Source of the DNA: Gemmatimonadales bacterium
Lineage (GTDB): Bacteria; Gemmatimonadota; Gemmatimonadetes; Gemmatimonadales; JACORV01
Assembly: GCA_035559335.1 (NCBI GenBank)
Contig: DATMBH010000332.1
Coordinates: 1-56,111, forward strand
Reading direction: 5' to 3'
DNA: 56,111 bases
Shown in pieces: positions 1-9,017 of this stretch (positions are counted from its first letter, which is position 1; each line of letters starts with the position of its first letter). Position numbers and translations under genes: made by a program. The notes below the pieces were generated by a model. That model was not told where the DNA came from and searched no databases. It saw only the letters and a list, made by a program, of their open reading frames with translations.

Positions 1-1
1 C

Positions 2-835
2 CCCGCCTACATCTTCCCAGAATCGGCCGTCAGGGCGCTGGCCGCGCTCAACCGCTACCGGGAGTTCCTGGCGCGGCCTGAGGGCGTGGTCAACAGCTAC
101 CCGGTGAATCGGGAAGCGGCCGAACGCATCATATCCGCCGCGGCACGGGACGGTCGGGCGAAGCTGTCGGAGCCCGAGGCGCTCGCTCTGCTGGATGCCT
201 ACGGAGTCCCGACGGCGCCGTGGGCCCTGGCCCGGACCGAGGGCGAAGCCGTCGCCGCAGCGCAGCGGATCGGCTACCCGGTGGTGCTGAAGGTCGTGAG
301 CCGTAAAGTGATCCACAAATCCGACATCGGCGGCGTGATCGTCGGAGTCCAGGACGAGCAGTCGCTGCGCGAGGCACACTCCCGGCTCCGGCAAAGGGTG
401 CAGGAACGCGTGGGCGAAGCTCCCGAGGGCGTCCTGGTCCAGAAGATGATCGCCGGAGGTCGCGAGACCATCGTCGGTTCAACTCGCGACCCCAAGACTG
501 GTCCGCTGCTGATGTTCGGCCTGGGCGGACTGTTCGTGGAGGTGCTCAAGGACGTGGTGTTCAGGGTCCACCCGGTTACCGATGTCGATGCCCGGGAGAT
601 GGTCCGCGGCATCCGCGGCGTGAAGCTGCTGGAGGGCGTCAGGGGCGATACCAGCGTGGACTTCGTGGGGCTGGAGGAAGTGATTCAGCGCATCTCGCAG
701 CTGGTGGGCGACTTCCCGCAGATCGTCGAGATGGATGTCAATCCGCTGACCGCGTTTCCGGACCGGGTCGTGGCAGTCGATGCGCGGTTCATGATAGGGG
801 ACAGCGAAGTGGGAACACGGGACAGGGAGGCCTGA
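2..835 (+). CDS. ADP-forming acetyl-CoA synthetase family protein, C-terminal ATP-grasp part (5' end outside window)
   Basis: The frame is open from nt 2 (PAYIFPESAVRALAALNRYREF...) into ORF 86-835. EPEALALLDAYGVP, IGYPVVLKVVS..IHKSDIGGV and DVNPL are typical of the ATP-grasp domain of acetate--CoA ligase (ADP-forming) proteins. Confidence 0.8.
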   Translation, partial: PAYIFPESAVRALAALNRYREFLARPEGVVNSYPVNREAAERIISAAARDGRAKLSEPEALALLDAYGVPTAPWALARTEGEAVAAAQRIGYPVVLKVVSRKVIHKSDIGGVIVGVQDEQSLREAHSRLRQRVQERVGEAPEGVLVQKMIAGGRETIVGSTRDPKTGPLLMFGLGGLFVEVLKDVVFRVHPVTDVDAREMVRGIRGVKLLEGVRGDTSVDFVGLEEVIQRISQLVGDFPQIVEMDVNPLTAFPDRVVAVDARFMIGDSEVGTRDREA

Positions 836-858
836 GTGCCATGTCCCCCTTCCCTGCC

Positions 859-1356
859 TCAGAACATACTCATCGCCAGGAAGCTTCTCAGATTGTCGTT
901 CGTTACGCGCAGCCGGCTGGAGAGCAGTCGCACTACCGCCCACAGCACCTTGTAGGCGATGTCGCGGTTGAAGTCCATGAGCAGCTCGAAATCGGAGCGC
1001 GTTATGGTAATGAGGACGCAATCAGAGTTGGCGATCGCGTCGGTGGAGCGCTCGGACTGGTCGAAAATGGCCATCTCGCCGAAGATGGTGCCCTTCTTGA
1101 GTACGGCCAGCGCCTCTTCGCCCGAGCCCGGTATCTGCCGGCTGATCCGTACCTCGCCGTCCGCGATGATGTACAGCCGGTTGCCGGGTTCACCTTCCTT
1201 GAAGATCGTCTTGCCGGAAATGAACTTCTGTTCCTGGCACACTTCGGCGACGCGCGCCAGTTCCCCCTCATCGAGGTCGGCGAAGATCGCGGCTGACTTG
1301 AGGATCTGAAGATCCACGGCAACCGGGAAGGTACGACTCCCGCGCAGGGGCGGCAA
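859..1356 (-). CDS. cyclic nucleotide-binding domain protein (stand-alone, no DNA-binding output)
   Basis: FADLDEGELARVAEVCQEQKFISGKTIFKEGEPGNRLYIIADGEVRIS...GEMAIFD..RSTDAIA is a canonical cNMP-binding beta-roll. At about 150-165 aa there is no room for an HTH. The start may be the GTG at 1317 (VDLQILKS...). Confidence 0.8.
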   Translation of the reverse strand: MPPLRGSRTFPVAVDLQILKSAAIFADLDEGELARVAEVCQEQKFISGKTIFKEGEPGNRLYIIADGEVRISRQIPGSGEEALAVLKKGTIFGEMAIFDQSERSTDAIANSDCVLITITRSDFELLMDFNRDIAYKVLWAVVRLLSSRLRVTNDNLRSFLAMSMF

Positions 1357-1389
1357 GGCGAGCCGGGCCTGCTCTCGGCGGCCAACCTC

Positions 1390-1884
1390 GTGTCGCTGGC
1401 CCGGATACCACTGGCGGCGGCGTTCGTTCTGGTACCCGATCCGAGGGTCAGAATACCGGTCCTTGCCACCGCTGCCGCCTCCGACCTGCTGGACGGGCTT
1501 CTGGCTAGGCGCTTCGGCCCCTCGCGGCTTGGGGCGGTTCTGGATCCCATAACGGACAAGGTCTTCATGCTGGCGGCCTTCGCCGCCGTCGGGCTTTCGG
1601 GCGCGCTGACGTGGCTGGAGATCCTGGGCGTGCTGTTGCGGGACATACTCACCCCGCTGGGGTATCTGGCTGGCGTAGTGGTTAAGCGCCCGTTTACCGT
1701 TCCGGCACGCGCCGGGGGGAAGATGGTCACTACCGGTCAGTCGCTGACGCTGTTCGCGTGGCTGGTGGGATCACGGTACCTGGAGCCGCTGGCGTGGGCG
1801 ACGGCGGCGATGGCGCTGTATGCGCTGGCTGACTACGGCCGGCTCGCGGTTCGCGCGGCCGGACACGACTCAAGGAGGAAGTGA
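1390..1884 (+). CDS. CDP-alcohol phosphatidyltransferase family protein
   Basis: The D-x2-DG-x2-AR-x8-G-x3-D-x3-D signature reads DLLDGLLARRFGPSRLGAVLDPITDK, and the protein is multi-TM and hydrophobic. The conserved N-terminal helix (AANLVSLARIPL) begins upstream of the first canonical start codon, so the 5' end is uncertain. Confidence 0.8.
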   Translation: MSLARIPLAAAFVLVPDPRVRIPVLATAAASDLLDGLLARRFGPSRLGAVLDPITDKVFMLAAFAAVGLSGALTWLEILGVLLRDILTPLGYLAGVVVKRPFTVPARAGGKMVTTGQSLTLFAWLVGSRYLEPLAWATAAMALYALADYGRLAVRAAGHDSRRK

Positions 1885-2417
1885 TGCTCCGAGCCCGACG
1901 GCTCGCACTACCGCTGCTGATCACGCTCGCCACCCCGCTCGCGGCGCAGGAATTCACTCCACCCGATCAGCGCACACCGCAGCCGGCTGCTACAGCCGGT
2001 GGTGGTGTGCGTTTCGGACTGCTGGGTTTCTCCACCAGAGGCGGCGGCCAGATCAATTCCGACGAGCAGGGAGTGGTAGGCTCCACGGTGGACATCGCGA
2101 CACTGGGCCATCCTCAGGTACGGCTCCGGCCGTCGTTCGAGGCGGGTGTCGGCGGCGGAGGCGCTCAGTCGCTGCACATCTCGCTCGAAGTCGTCTACCG
2201 GTTTCAACCGGAAGGCGCCGCGGCCATCCCGTACGTGGGCGCTGGCCTGGGCTGGTACGACACCAGCGCGCGCACCACTACCTGGCCTAACCTGGTGATG
2301 GGCTTCGAGCTGGCGTTCCGGCCCCAGTTCAACTGGCTAGTGGAGTATCACTCCCTCGACCGAATGGGCCGTCACCGGTTCCTGATCGGCCTCGCGACGC
2401 GATCGGGCGAACGCTGA
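1881..2417 (+). CDS. hypothetical secreted protein, possibly a small outer-membrane beta-barrel
   Basis: An AAGGAGGA RBS lies just upstream and the start overlaps the previous stop (GTGATG). Signal peptide MMLRARRLALPLLITLATPLAA|QEF. Gly-rich alternating pattern (GAGLGWYD). No recognisable family. Confidence 0.5.
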   Translation: MMLRARRLALPLLITLATPLAAQEFTPPDQRTPQPAATAGGGVRFGLLGFSTRGGGQINSDEQGVVGSTVDIATLGHPQVRLRPSFEAGVGGGGAQSLHISLEVVYRFQPEGAAAIPYVGAGLGWYDTSARTTTWPNLVMGFELAFRPQFNWLVEYHSLDRMGRHRFLIGLATRSGER

Positions 2418-2833
2418 TGGCGGCGCCGTTCAAGCAGGTGAGCGCCTCGTGGCTGGGGCGCTCGATGGTGTTTCGCGGCGAGGTGGCGGGTCGGCCGCCT
2501 GTCGTGATCGACGGCGAGACGGACGAGGGCCCCTCGCCGATGGACACGCTGTTGCTGGCCCTGGCCACGTGCTCAGGAAGTGACGTGGTGTTGATTCTGA
2601 AGAAGAAGCGGCTCGAGCTGCGGGACCTGCGCATCGAGGTTCGCGGCGAGCGACGCGAGGAAGAGCCGCGTCGCTTCCTCAGGATTAACCTTGTCTATCA
2701 CGTAGCAGCGCCTGGCGCCACAGAATCGGCCGTCAGGCAGGCCATTGACCTGTCGCTGGAGAAATACTGCTCGGTCGCCCACTCGCTGCAGCCGGACATC
2801 CGCCTGACTTATGAGCTTCATCTCCGGACCTAG
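2417..2833 (+). CDS. osmC: OsmC family peroxiredoxin-like protein
   Basis: Contains PSPMDTLLLALATCSGSDVVLILKK and LSLEKYCSVAHSL, the two conserved Cys motifs of OsmC/Ohr. The start overlaps the upstream stop (TGATG). Confidence 0.85.
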   Translation: MAAPFKQVSASWLGRSMVFRGEVAGRPPVVIDGETDEGPSPMDTLLLALATCSGSDVVLILKKKRLELRDLRIEVRGERREEEPRRFLRINLVYHVAAPGATESAVRQAIDLSLEKYCSVAHSLQPDIRLTYELHLRT

Positions 2834-3293
2834 GGTCCGGAGTTTGGCGCTGGTGGTCGCACTGATCGTCACTGCGACGCCGGCGCACTCCCAGGGCTGG
2901 CGCGAGTTCCAGGCCGGCGCCCTGGCCGTCGCTTCGCGGCCGGCATTCGGCGGCTTGGCGATTGGGCTCGGACTCCGGGACCGCGGCCGAACCAGGCTCT
3001 CGCTGCAGGTTGCGGGCGGCGCGTTCGACGAGGGCACTGCTGCCGGCCGAATCGAAGCCGTGTGGAACTTCCTTCTGGATCCGCAGCGCACCACTGGCGT
3101 GGCGATCTACGGTGGCGGTGGTGCGGCGCTGTCAACTCTGCGCGGCGGCAGGCTGCGTGGCTCGGTACTAGTCCTGCTAGGTCTGGAGAACCGGCCGGGC
3201 TCCCGCTCGAGCCGTTTCGTAGAAATCGGCGTCGGCGGAGGAGCCCGAATCGCCGCAGGCTTCAGATCACGGGTGCGACTGCCCCTCCGCTGA
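2811..3293 (+). CDS. hypothetical secreted Gly/Ala-rich protein
   Basis: Signal peptide ...LALVVALIVTATPAHS|QGW followed by Gly-rich beta-like repeats. It is followed by a clean hairpin terminator. No family recognised. Confidence 0.45.
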   Translation: MSFISGPRVRSLALVVALIVTATPAHSQGWREFQAGALAVASRPAFGGLAIGLGLRDRGRTRLSLQVAGGAFDEGTAAGRIEAVWNFLLDPQRTTGVAIYGGGGAALSTLRGGRLRGSVLVLLGLENRPGSRSSRFVEIGVGGGARIAAGFRSRVRLPLR

Positions 3294-3301
3294 GAAACGA
3301 A

Positions 3302-3324
3302 AAGCCCCGGACCAGCCGGGGCTT
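3302..3324. terminator. bidirectional intrinsic terminator between convergent genes
   Basis: A 9-bp stem, aagccccgg / ccggggctt, with loop accag. It is A-rich upstream (gaaacgaaa) and T-rich downstream (cattcttgtt). Confidence 0.65.
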
Positions 3325-3351
3325 CATTCTTGTTCCGCGCGAATCAGCCGC

Positions 3352-3642
3352 CTACACGTTTGCGGTGACCTGCGCTTCGGCGCGCTGCACCGGGCGGCAG
3401 TAGCGCTCGCCCAGCGTGCGCAGCTCCCTGACTTGTGCATCCGTCAGGGTCTCATAGCGCTCGGCCAAGTAGTCCATCGTGTCGTCGAACCAGTCCTTGC
3501 GGTGCTCCTCGGCTGCTTCCAGCACTCCACACCGAAGGATATGACTGAACAGCTCGTCACGGGCCTGCTCAAACGTGGTGGGGATGTACTGCTTACGCGG
3601 CTTCTTCGATTTTGACAATTCGGACCTCCTGAGGTTGGTCAA
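3352..3642 (-). CDS. hypothetical small protein (96 aa)
   Basis: The ORF has ordinary charged, helical composition (KKPRKQYIPTTFEQARDELFSHILRCGVLEAAEEHRKDWFDD...), unlike the Arg/Pro-rich antisense artefacts. It ends at the shared terminator. Confidence 0.5.
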   Translation of the reverse strand: MTNLRRSELSKSKKPRKQYIPTTFEQARDELFSHILRCGVLEAAEEHRKDWFDDTMDYLAERYETLTDAQVRELRTLGERYCRPVQRAEAQVTANV

Positions 3643-3725
3643 AGATAGCGGCGAGCTCCCCGAAGTTCAAGCGCGACAGAACCTAAGTCGTTGAGCTGGT
3701 TTCGGTTTGAAGCTTGTGCCGGGTT

Positions 3726-4922
3726 TCACAAGTACCACGAGAACAGCGCTGCCGCCCGCTCGGCCAGACGGTGCAGCAGCGGCCTCGCCTTCCATTCCTC
3801 CAGGCTGATCGGGTGTGCGTGTTCGAGATCGGAGGCGAACAGCTGCTCCATCTCCGTCCCGGTCTTGGTAGATGCGACCAGCACATTGAGTTCGTAGTTC
3901 CGGTGCAGTGACAGCGGGTCGAGGTTGGAGGACCCAATCATGGAGATGGCGCCGTCCACCACGGCGGTCTTGGCATGGAGCATGACGCCGCTCCATTCCC
4001 AGATCTCCGCTCCCGCCTCCAGTAGCGGCTGGTAGATGCGCCGCGCCGCCAACCCCGCCACCGGGTGGTTGTTTCGACCCGGCACCAGCAACCGCACGCG
4101 TACTCCGCGCCTTGCCGCGCGAATGAGAGCCTCCGTGACGCGACCGGGCGCCACGGGGTAGGCGTCGGACAGCTCCATTGAGCGTTCGGCGTTGTCGGCC
4201 AGCCACTCGTAGAGGGCGGCGACCCTGCCTTTGCCGGGCCGGTCGCCCACCACCACCACGGTGGCCTCGCCGCGGCGCGGGGGCAGGTTGCCCACCGCCA
4301 TCTCGATCGTCGCAACCGAGTCGAGTGCGGGACCCCGCGCCCTACGCCACATGCGCTCGAATGCCAGCTGCAGGTCTGCCACCGCCGGACCGCGCACCAG
4401 GACGGCGGTGTCGCGCCAGCCTCCGCCGCCCTTTTCGGCTGGGGCCCAGTGGTCGGAGATGCACAACCCGCCCACCACCGCCGCGTGGTCGTCGCCGATC
4501 AGCAGTTTGCGGTGGTCGCGGTGGCGCAGGTGCCACCAGCTCCACGGTGCGGTGAACCCAACCGGCCGGAATGCTCGGACACGGACCCGCGCGCGCTTGA
4601 GCCGCCGCGCGATCGAGCCGCCGCGCACCAGCAGCGTCCCAACGGGGTCGTACAGCACCCGGACTTCCGCGCCCCGCTCGCGCGCCCGCTGCAGGGCCTG
4701 GGCGAAGCGTTCACCCGTCGCGTCGTGGGCGAAGATGAAGTTCTCGAAGCAGACGCTGCGCCGCGCGGCACGGATCACGGCCAGCATGGCAGGAAAGGTG
4801 AGCGCCCCGTCGCGCAGGATACGAACGTCGTGGCCCTCGCGCAGCGGAGCCTCGGCGATGGCGGCCATCCGCTCGAGCGCGTCACGTTCGAGCAGTCGCG
4901 GCGTGTTGGAAGTGAGGACCAC
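3726..4922 (-). CDS. phospholipase D / cardiolipin synthase-like protein (two HKD motifs)
   Basis: HKD motifs are HRKLLIGDDHAAVVGG and HAKTAVVDGAISMIGSSNLD. The 534-aa track ORF (to 5330) has a low-complexity Ser/Arg N-terminus antisense to a real + strand gene. I place the start at in-frame GTG 4922 or ATG 4868. Confidence 0.8.
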   Translation of the reverse strand: MVLTSNTPRLLERDALERMAAIAEAPLREGHDVRILRDGALTFPAMLAVIRAARRSVCFENFIFAHDATGERFAQALQRARERGAEVRVLYDPVGTLLVRGGSIARRLKRARVRVRAFRPVGFTAPWSWWHLRHRDHRKLLIGDDHAAVVGGLCISDHWAPAEKGGGGWRDTAVLVRGPAVADLQLAFERMWRRARGPALDSVATIEMAVGNLPPRRGEATVVVVGDRPGKGRVAALYEWLADNAERSMELSDAYPVAPGRVTEALIRAARRGVRVRLLVPGRNNHPVAGLAARRIYQPLLEAGAEIWEWSGVMLHAKTAVVDGAISMIGSSNLDPLSLHRNYELNVLVASTKTGTEMEQLFASDLEHAHPISLEEWKARPLLHRLAERAAALFSWYL

Positions 4923-4980
4923 CGTGGCTAAGATGATAACATGCAGTGAGCGGCGTCGGGGCGGCGCCACGGAGTCGGCA

Positions 4981-5250
4981 ATGGCTGACGATGTATACGA
5001 ACCTGAACGGGTCGAGCGATTGAAGGAGATGCTGCGCGAACTGGCCCAGCGCCTAATCGTGCTCGATGCCGAAGGGCGACTGCTGGAAGACCCTGCTTCG
5101 CTGCTAAAGGCCCTCGGCGACGTGCGTGCCGAGCTGTTCCGGTTCGAGGTGCGCGCGACGTTCGACTCGCCTGACATCGCCCGGCACCGCCGCATTGTGG
5201 AGGAGGCGGAGGGCTGGGTACCTGAAGACAACGATGAGGAGGATGGATGA
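4981..5250 (+). CDS. hypothetical small acidic protein (89 aa)
   Basis: ATG at 4981 inside track ORF 4231-5250. MADDVYEPERVERLKEMLRELAQRLIVLDAEGRLL...VPEDNDEEDG is helical with an acidic tail. Its stop overlaps the DsbA-like start (ATGA). Confidence 0.5.
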   Translation: MADDVYEPERVERLKEMLRELAQRLIVLDAEGRLLEDPASLLKALGDVRAELFRFEVRATFDSPDIARHRRIVEEAEGWVPEDNDEEDG

Positions 5251-5942
5251 GTGGCAGTCGTTCCCTGACCCCGTTCTACATCGTGTTGGCGACTGTGGCG
5301 GTGGCGGGCGGTGTGTTCATCGCGCTCCAACTAGGGAAGGGGCCGCAGCGCCTAGCGCTGAGCACAGTGGGGATGCCGCCGGTGGCTGGCGAGCGGGGAG
5401 TTGTGATGGGCAGCGACAGCGCTCCGGTAGAGGTGCTGGAATTCAGCGATTTCGAGTGCCCGTACTGCGCCCGCTTCGCGGTGCTCACGCTTCCGGACGT
5501 AAAGAACCGGATGGTCGCCTCCGGCCAGGTGCGACTGCGGTTCGTGCACTTCCCGCTCGACATCCATGCCCAGGGACCCCACGCCCACTTGGCGGCGGCG
5601 TGCGCGAACGAGCAGGGGCGGTTCTGGGCGATGCACGACCTGCTGTTCGAGAACCAGGACGAGTGGGTGCGCTCAAGACGGCCGGACCGGGTGGCGGAGG
5701 GCTACGCCGAACGGCTCGGGCTGGACATGGGCCGGTTCCGCTCGTGCGTGCGCGAACAACGCGGCTGGTCGCAGGTGTTGGCGGACAGAGCGCTGGGTGA
5801 ATCGTTGCGCGTCGGGGGCACGCCCACGGTGTTCGTCAACGGGCGCCAGCTTTCCGATCCACCGTCGTTTGATCAACTGCGCCGGATCGTGGATTCGCTG
5901 GCGCAGCTCGCGCCCGCAGCGCCGGCCCCGGCGCGCCGCTGA
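5247..5942 (+). CDS. DsbA-family thiol:disulfide oxidoreductase, membrane anchored
   Basis: N-terminal TM helix followed by a thioredoxin fold with active site FECPYCARF. GTPTVFVNG is the cis-Pro loop region. Confidence 0.85.
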   Translation: MSGSRSLTPFYIVLATVAVAGGVFIALQLGKGPQRLALSTVGMPPVAGERGVVMGSDSAPVEVLEFSDFECPYCARFAVLTLPDVKNRMVASGQVRLRFVHFPLDIHAQGPHAHLAAACANEQGRFWAMHDLLFENQDEWVRSRRPDRVAEGYAERLGLDMGRFRSCVREQRGWSQVLADRALGESLRVGGTPTVFVNGRQLSDPPSFDQLRRIVDSLAQLAPAAPAPARR

Positions 5943-6391
5943 TGCGTCACCGCATGGCCGTGGCGGTTCTGGCACTGGCGGGGCTGCTGCTGTCGCTGTA
6001 CCTGACGCTGCACCGCCTGGGCCTCACCGGCCCGCTCACCTGCGGGGCCGACAACTCGTGCGACAAGGTGCAGTCGTCGGTGTACGCGGATTTTCTGGGG
6101 CTTCCGGTGGCGGCGTTCGGGGTTGGCGGTTACCTGGCGCTGCTGGTGGTGGCCCTGGTCGGACTCCAGCCCCGTTATGTGCAGCGCCGTGCACCAACCC
6201 TGCTGCTGGTGGGACTGAGTGCCCTGGGCGTCGGGTTCACGGCATACCTCAAGTACCTCGAGATCTTCAAGATCGGGGCGATCTGTAGGTGGTGCCTGGT
6301 GAGCGCCATACTGATCACGGCCATACTGATCGTGAGTGGAGCGGGGATGAGAGGGCAGAGCGCAGAGGGCGGAGGGCAAAGTGGTGGCTAG
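5942..6391 (+). CDS. vitamin K epoxide reductase (VKOR) family protein
   Basis: Four-TM protein with a loop Cys pair (TCGADNSC) and a CRWC redox motif in the last helix. Its start abuts the DsbA stop (TGATG). Confidence 0.85.
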   Translation: MRHRMAVAVLALAGLLLSLYLTLHRLGLTGPLTCGADNSCDKVQSSVYADFLGLPVAAFGVGGYLALLVVALVGLQPRYVQRRAPTLLLVGLSALGVGFTAYLKYLEIFKIGAICRWCLVSAILITAILIVSGAGMRGQSAEGGGQSGG

Positions 6392-6470
6392 GGCGGAAGT
6401 CGGAGCGCAGAGGGCAGAGTTTGCAGCCGGATGACCCCGCCCTCCGCCCTCCGCTCTCCGCCTTCCGCCC
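6391..6470. repeat. imperfect low-complexity palindrome (terminator-like) between convergent VKOR and acs
   Basis: Left arm gggcggaagtcggagcgcagagggcagag pairs with right arm ...ccctccgccctccgctctccgccttccgccc. The outer 9 bp are perfect, then 5 bp, then about 8/10. The motif gcagagggc also recurs at about 6355-6375 inside the VKOR 3' end. Confidence 0.5.
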
Positions 6471-8443
6471 TACTGTTCCTTGTCTTCATATTCATCCCTC
6501 AGCTTTGCGACTATCGCCGGGTCCGCCAGGGTCGTGGTATCGCCTAACGCGCGCCCTTCGGCGATGTCGCGCAGCAGTCGGCGCATGATCTTCCCTGAAC
6601 GGGTCTTGGGCAGGTCGGCGGCGAACAGGATGTCGTCGGGACGAGCCAGTGCGCCGATCTTCTGCACCACGTGGGCCTTCAGCTCATCCTTCAACTCGTC
6701 TCCCGGCCGCTGCCCCGCCTTCAGGATGACGAACGCGGCCAGGGCCTGACCCTTGAGCTCATGGTGCTTGCCTACAACCGCGGCCTCCGCCACCGCCGGA
6801 TGGTCCACCAAGGCGCTTTCGACCTCCATGGTGCCGATGCGGTGCCCGGAGACGTTCAGCACGTCGTCCACACGGCCCAGCAGCCAGAAGTACCCGTCCG
6901 CATCCCGCTTGGCGCCGTCACCCGGGAAATAGACGTCCTTCCACTTCGACCAGTAGGTCTGCCGATAGCGCTCGTCGTCGCCCCAGATGGTGCGCAGCAT
7001 CCCGGGCCAGGGGGCCGTTATGGCGAGCAGGCCGCCACCGATCTCGACGCGGTTCCCCTCGGCGTCCAGCACCTCGGCGCGGATGCCGGGGAAAGGGCGA
7101 GTGGCCGATCCGGGCTTGGTGGCCACGATCCCGGGCAGCGGCGTGATCATGATCCCGCCGGTCTCGGTCTGCCACCAGGTGTCCACGATCGGACAGCGGC
7201 CGCCGCCGATGTGGGTGTGATACCACATCCACGCTTCCGGATTGATCGGCTCGCCCACCGTTCCGAGCAGCCGCAGGCTGCGCAGGTCATGGCGCGCGGG
7301 GTACTCAGGCCCCCACTTCATGAACGCGCGTATCGCCGTAGGGGCCGTGTAGAAGATCGTCACTGCCTGACGCTCGACGATTTCCCACAGCCGGTTCCGG
7401 TCGGGCCAGTCGGGTGCGCCTTCGTAGAGCACCACGGTTGCGCCCAGTGACAAAGGGCCGTACACCACGTAAGAGTGACCGGTTATCCAGCCCACGTCCG
7501 CAGTGCACCAGTACACGTCCTCGTCCTTCAAATCGAACACCAGGCGCGTGGTGGCGAGGGCCTGCGTCAGGTAGCCACCGGTGGTGTGGACGATGCCCTT
7601 CGGCTTTCCCGTGGTGCCGCTGGTGTAGAGAATGAACAGCGGGTCCTCGGCATCCATGTGCTCGGGCTCGCTGGCGGCAGGCACGTCGGAGACTAGCTCG
7701 TGCCACCAGTGGTCACGGCCCTGACGCATGTGCACGAAGCTCTCATCGCCGCCACTGGCCGCCAGCTGGCGTCGGAACACCACTACGTGTCGAATGGTGG
7801 GACAACCCCCCAGCGCCTCGTCGGCGGCCCGCTTGAGCGGCAGTACCTGGCCGCGCCGGTAGCCGCCGTCCGCAGTCACCAGCAGCACCGCGCCGGCGTC
7901 GTTGATGCGATCACGCAAGCTTTCGGCGGAGAATCCGCCGAACACCACGGAGTGCACTGCGCCGATCCGCGCACACGCCAGCATCGCGATCACCACTTCG
8001 GGAACCAGCGGCATGTAGATCGCCACCCGGTCGCCGCGCGCAACCCCGAGACTCTTCAAGACGTTGGCAAAGCGGCAGACTTCCTGATGCAGTTCCCGAT
8101 AGGTGAGGGTGCGACGCTCTCCCGGCTCGCCCTCCCACAACAGGGCAGCCTTGTTGCGACGCCAGGACCTCAGGTGGCGATCCAGGCAGTTGAAGCTGGC
8201 GTTGAGCTTCCCGCCCACGAACCACTGCGCATGGGGCGGCTTCCAGTCCAGCACCCGGCTCCACGGCGCATACCACTCGAGTTCCGAGGCCCAGTGCTCC
8301 CAGAAGGCCTGCGAATCTTGCTCAGCCTGCTCGTAGATCAGCGAAGACGCGGCGTGGGCTGCGGCCCGAAACTGCTCGGGTGGCGGGAAAACGCGGGTCT
8401 CTTCGAGCAGAGTATCAAGGCGCTGCAGGTCCTGCACTGGCAT
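6470..8443 (-). CDS. acs: acetyl-CoA synthetase (AMP-forming)
   Basis: Full-length Acs signatures are present: [33 protein letters not shown] and [15 protein letters not shown] 8443 is preceded by GGGGGGAGA, and the longer track ORF (to 8530) adds a non-conserved leader. Confidence 0.95.
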   Translation of the reverse strand: MPVQDLQRLDTLLEETRVFPPPEQFRAAAHAASSLIYEQAEQDSQAFWEHWASELEWYAPWSRVLDWKPPHAQWFVGGKLNASFNCLDRHLRSWRRNKAALLWEGEPGERRTLTYRELHQEVCRFANVLKSLGVARGDRVAIYMPLVPEVVIAMLACARIGAVHSVVFGGFSAESLRDRINDAGAVLLVTADGGYRRGQVLPLKRAADEALGGCPTIRHVVVFRRQLAASGGDESFVHMRQGRDHWWHELVSDVPAASEPEHMDAEDPLFILYTSGTTGKPKGIVHTTGGYLTQALATTRLVFDLKDEDVYWCTADVGWITGHSYVVYGPLSLGATVVLYEGAPDWPDRNRLWEIVERQAVTIFYTAPTAIRAFMKWGPEYPARHDLRSLRLLGTVGEPINPEAWMWYHTHIGGGRCPIVDTWWQTETGGIMITPLPGIVATKPGSATRPFPGIRAEVLDAEGNRVEIGGGLLAITAPWPGMLRTIWGDDERYRQTYWSKWKDVYFPGDGAKRDADGYFWLLGRVDDVLNVSGHRIGTMEVESALVDHPAVAEAAVVGKHHELKGQALAAFVILKAGQRPGDELKDELKAHVVQKIGALARPDDILFAADLPKTRSGKIMRRLLRDIAEGRALGDTTTLADPAIVAKLRDEYEDKEQ

Positions 8444-8489
8444 TCCTGTCTCCCCCCCAGAGTGCGATCCCGGAAGTCGGCACACCGTA

Positions 8490-8518
8490 TTGATTTTGGC
8501 AGACCCGTGCCTTATCTG
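8490..8518 (+). promoter_or_regulatory. candidate sigma-70-type promoter for the cold-shock gene
   Basis: TTGATT-N17-TATCTG sits in the 161-bp acs/csp divergent spacer. It would give a 5' UTR of about 80 nt, as is usual for csp genes. Sequence match only. Confidence 0.3.
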
Positions 8519-8604
8519 TTGGGGGCTCATGACGGGGCTTGGGCCGTCGCAACAGGGCCGCCCGGGTTGCCGTCCGAAAGTTCCACCTGTTGAGGGAGTC
8601 AGGT

Positions 8605-8811
8605 ATGTCGCGCATCACCGGTCGGGTCAAGTGGTTCAATGACGCCAAGGGCTTCGGCTTCATTGAGAGAGAGGGCGGTCCGGACGTCTTCGTTCACTAC
8701 TCGGCCATCCAGGCAGAAGGGTTCAAGTCGCTCAAGGAGAACGACAAGGTGGAGTTCGAGGTGCGTGAGGGCCCCAAGGGCCTCCAGGCGGCGAACGTCA
8801 CCAAGATCTGA
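8605..8811 (+). CDS. cspA: cold-shock protein (CspA family)
   Basis: [15 protein letters not shown] (RNP1) and DVFVHYS (RNP2). 68 aa with a GAGGGAG RBS. Confidence 0.95.
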   Translation: MSRITGRVKWFNDAKGFGFIEREGGPDVFVHYSAIQAEGFKSLKENDKVEFEVREGPKGLQAANVTKI

Positions 8812-8829
8812 CGCCCTCGAGCAGGACTG

Positions 8830-8862
8830 CGCGGGGCCCGGGCCGGTAACCCGGGCCCCGCG
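8830..8862 (+). terminator. intrinsic terminator after csp
   Basis: A 12-bp GC stem, cgcggggcccgg / ccgggccccgcg, with a 9-nt loop, followed by tgctttct. Confidence 0.7.
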
Positions 8863-9017
8863 TGCTTTCTAATGCCTTCAGGTGTCCTGCAAGCCAGCTT
8901 GCATTGTGCGTCAAACGGCAGTTGCAATATGCTACAGTGTGGAGCCGTAAGTTCATTGCCTCCAACTACTTCCATGCTTCCCTGCCTTGTGGCACCAATC
9001 CTTCGACTGATGTGGTC

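Noticed and set aside
6289-6588. A 99-aa + strand ORF spanning the VKOR/acs intergenic palindrome.
   Set aside because: It reads through the repeat and the 3' end of acs in antisense. Its Arg/Pro-rich translation is a by-product of the palindrome.
8898-8909. The 12-mer cttgcattgtgc occurs upstream of the STAS gene and again at 53913-53924 upstream of pilS, which could suggest a shared operator.
   Set aside because: A single shared 12-mer in 56 kb (both strands) is well within chance expectation. No extended similarity flanks it.
8990-9005. A sigma-54-like TGGCAC element (TGGCAC-caatc-cttcg) upstream of the STAS gene.
   Set aside because: The -24 half is perfect, but the -12 half (CTTC instead of TTGC) matches only 2 of 4 positions. 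There is not enough evidence to call a promoter.
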